Assembly: GCA_047967505.1 (NCBI GenBank)
Contig: CM106538.1
DNA length: 64,000 bases
Strand: one strand, 5' to 3'
From: Dipteris shenzhenensis
Taxonomy: Eukaryota
Shown here: one piece after another, positions 62,461-64,000 of the stretch
Numbering within the stretch: the first letter of the stretch is position 1
How the letters are laid out: each line of letters opens with the position of its first letter
Made by a program: the position numbers and the translations under genes
Notes under the pieces: generated by a model
The model's database searches: none
The model's input: the letters and a program-made list of their open reading frames with translations, nothing else
What the model was told of the DNA's origin: nothing

Positions 62461-64000
62461 TCACTTGCGTGCAATGGTTGGTATCTTCACCTTGATGGGG
62501 AGGTTGCTGCTCTTCGAGGAAACCTTCTTTGAGAGGTTACATTTTGGAACCCATGACCATACAATAGCATCAATAGATTCCCAACGTGGAGGATCACCTT
62601 TATTGCACATCCAAATCTTGTTCCAACAATCTGCATATACCTCCTCAATTTGTGCATTGTGTCTTTTGCATATAGGTGCCCAATATTGTATGAAAACCTT
62701 CTTGAAATTTTTAGATTTATTATCCTTCTGTACATCAGTTTGAGCAATGCCTAGCCAAATTGGGTAGATTTTTTCTGCTGGTCGGACCAAAAGAAAGTGT
62801 CCTTTTTGTACATCAACCATTGGATCAAATGATTGTTTTGGCTTTTTCCTTTGAGGTCTACAATAGTGATCATTCAACTCTTCAATTCCTTGAAACTCAT
62901 CATTTTCATTATCAACTACTTGCACACAATCAACATGTTGCGTCTTTGGCCAAAATCTCTCGTTTATGAAGTTCATCAATCATGTTCTTCCAGTACTTCA
63001 CTACCGGCTTGTAAAACTTTGTGAAAGATGCTTCTGGACCTTGCAGGTGCACCCATTTTTCCCAAAAGCGTACCAACTATCACATCTAAGTGATCCTTCA
63101 CATAGTTGAACATGGTTACACAAGGGGGCTCTCCACTTGGTAGCATTGGATGACCATCCGGATGTCTCTTCCACAACTCAATGCCACCTTCACTTGGTTG
63201 CCAATCTAATGATCGTGGATGCACTTTATATTGCATGATAGGAACATTTCGCATAAAGAACCGAAATTGGAGAGGGTTTGAGTGTCCCACTAAAGAATCT
63301 TTCCCATCGCATAAGCATCCATCAACATAGCTCTTGAAATTAGGGACTTCCGTTACCAAAAATAGCATTGGAGAAGACTCCTCACATTGTCTAAAAGTAT
63401 CCATGAGATGTGCAAATGTCAATGTTTGACTAGTTCTTAACCTCTTTGAAAACCTGCTAAACATTGCATCAATATCCTCATGTGTATGCCCAACCATCAA
63501 GAATCCCAATTGAATTGACTTGAAAATCCCTCGAACAACAAGTAATGATAGGTATGCAAACAAGTACCTATTCTTGTTTTCAGAACCACAATTATCCAAT
63601 TGCAACAATAGGTATTCGGGTAGTTTCTTATAAGGATTTTCTTGATGGGAACTTCCAAGTTCAAGGTTTTTGAATGTTCCACCCACTGCTGCAAGATGAA
63701 GTTGTTGCTTGCCATTAGAAACATAGTGAGAATCCAATGCTTCTCTTGAGGTTAGTGTGTCAAGCAGAGCATTGCCAGACCTTGGCATCCCATCATGTAC
63801 CAAATCTCCAAGTGCATGGTTATCAAATCTTTCAAGATTTCTCAAACACAAAGCCAATGAACCAATTGTGAAGTTAGGATCCGATGGCCACAAGAATAAA
63901 GAAAAGTGACCATAACATCCTTGACCATGTCCATGTGTTATCATGCCAGTCAAAGCCACTGGGAGTTGAAAGGATTTGTCTGTGTCCTTTGAATGATTGC
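62461..64000 (-). pseudogene. DDE/DDD-type transposase-like ORF (Sola-/DUF7869-like), frameshifted near 63050; 5' part beyond the window
   Basis: LQLDNCGSENKNRYLFAYLSLLV...FLMVGHTHEDIDAMFSRFS motif; second ORF 62461-62979 continues in another frame. Family assignment is from recalled motif similarity only. Confidence 0.65.

Overview
Eukaryotic, land-plant genomic DNA that is mostly transposable-element sequence. The multi-kb TE-filled introns and long (GA)n/(CT)n tracts are fern-like, but the taxon is an inference. Only one host gene is supportable: the 5' part of a base-exchange phosphatidylserine synthase (PSS1/PTDSS-type) on the minus strand. Six coding exons lie between 22026 and 11178, with an 8.3-kb intron and a >11-kb intron running off the left edge. 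The rest is nested TEs: several copies of an APE+RT LINE family with (TC)n tails; a full-length but stop-riddled Ty1/copia (53744-59315); decayed copia and gypsy elements; solo LTRs; hAT derivatives; a foldback element; and a DDE-type (Sola/DUF7869-like) transposase at the right edge. Three observations stand out. (1) Two copies of a ~1.3-kb element encode only a LINE-ORF1-like protein and share the LINE family's 3' stem-loop and (TC)n tail (a HAL1-like non-autonomous partner). (2) A non-coding LTR element carries a captured ANTH/clathrin-assembly gene fragment. (3) A very young gag-only (TR-GAG-like) LTR element is present. All calls were made by eye, without database searches.
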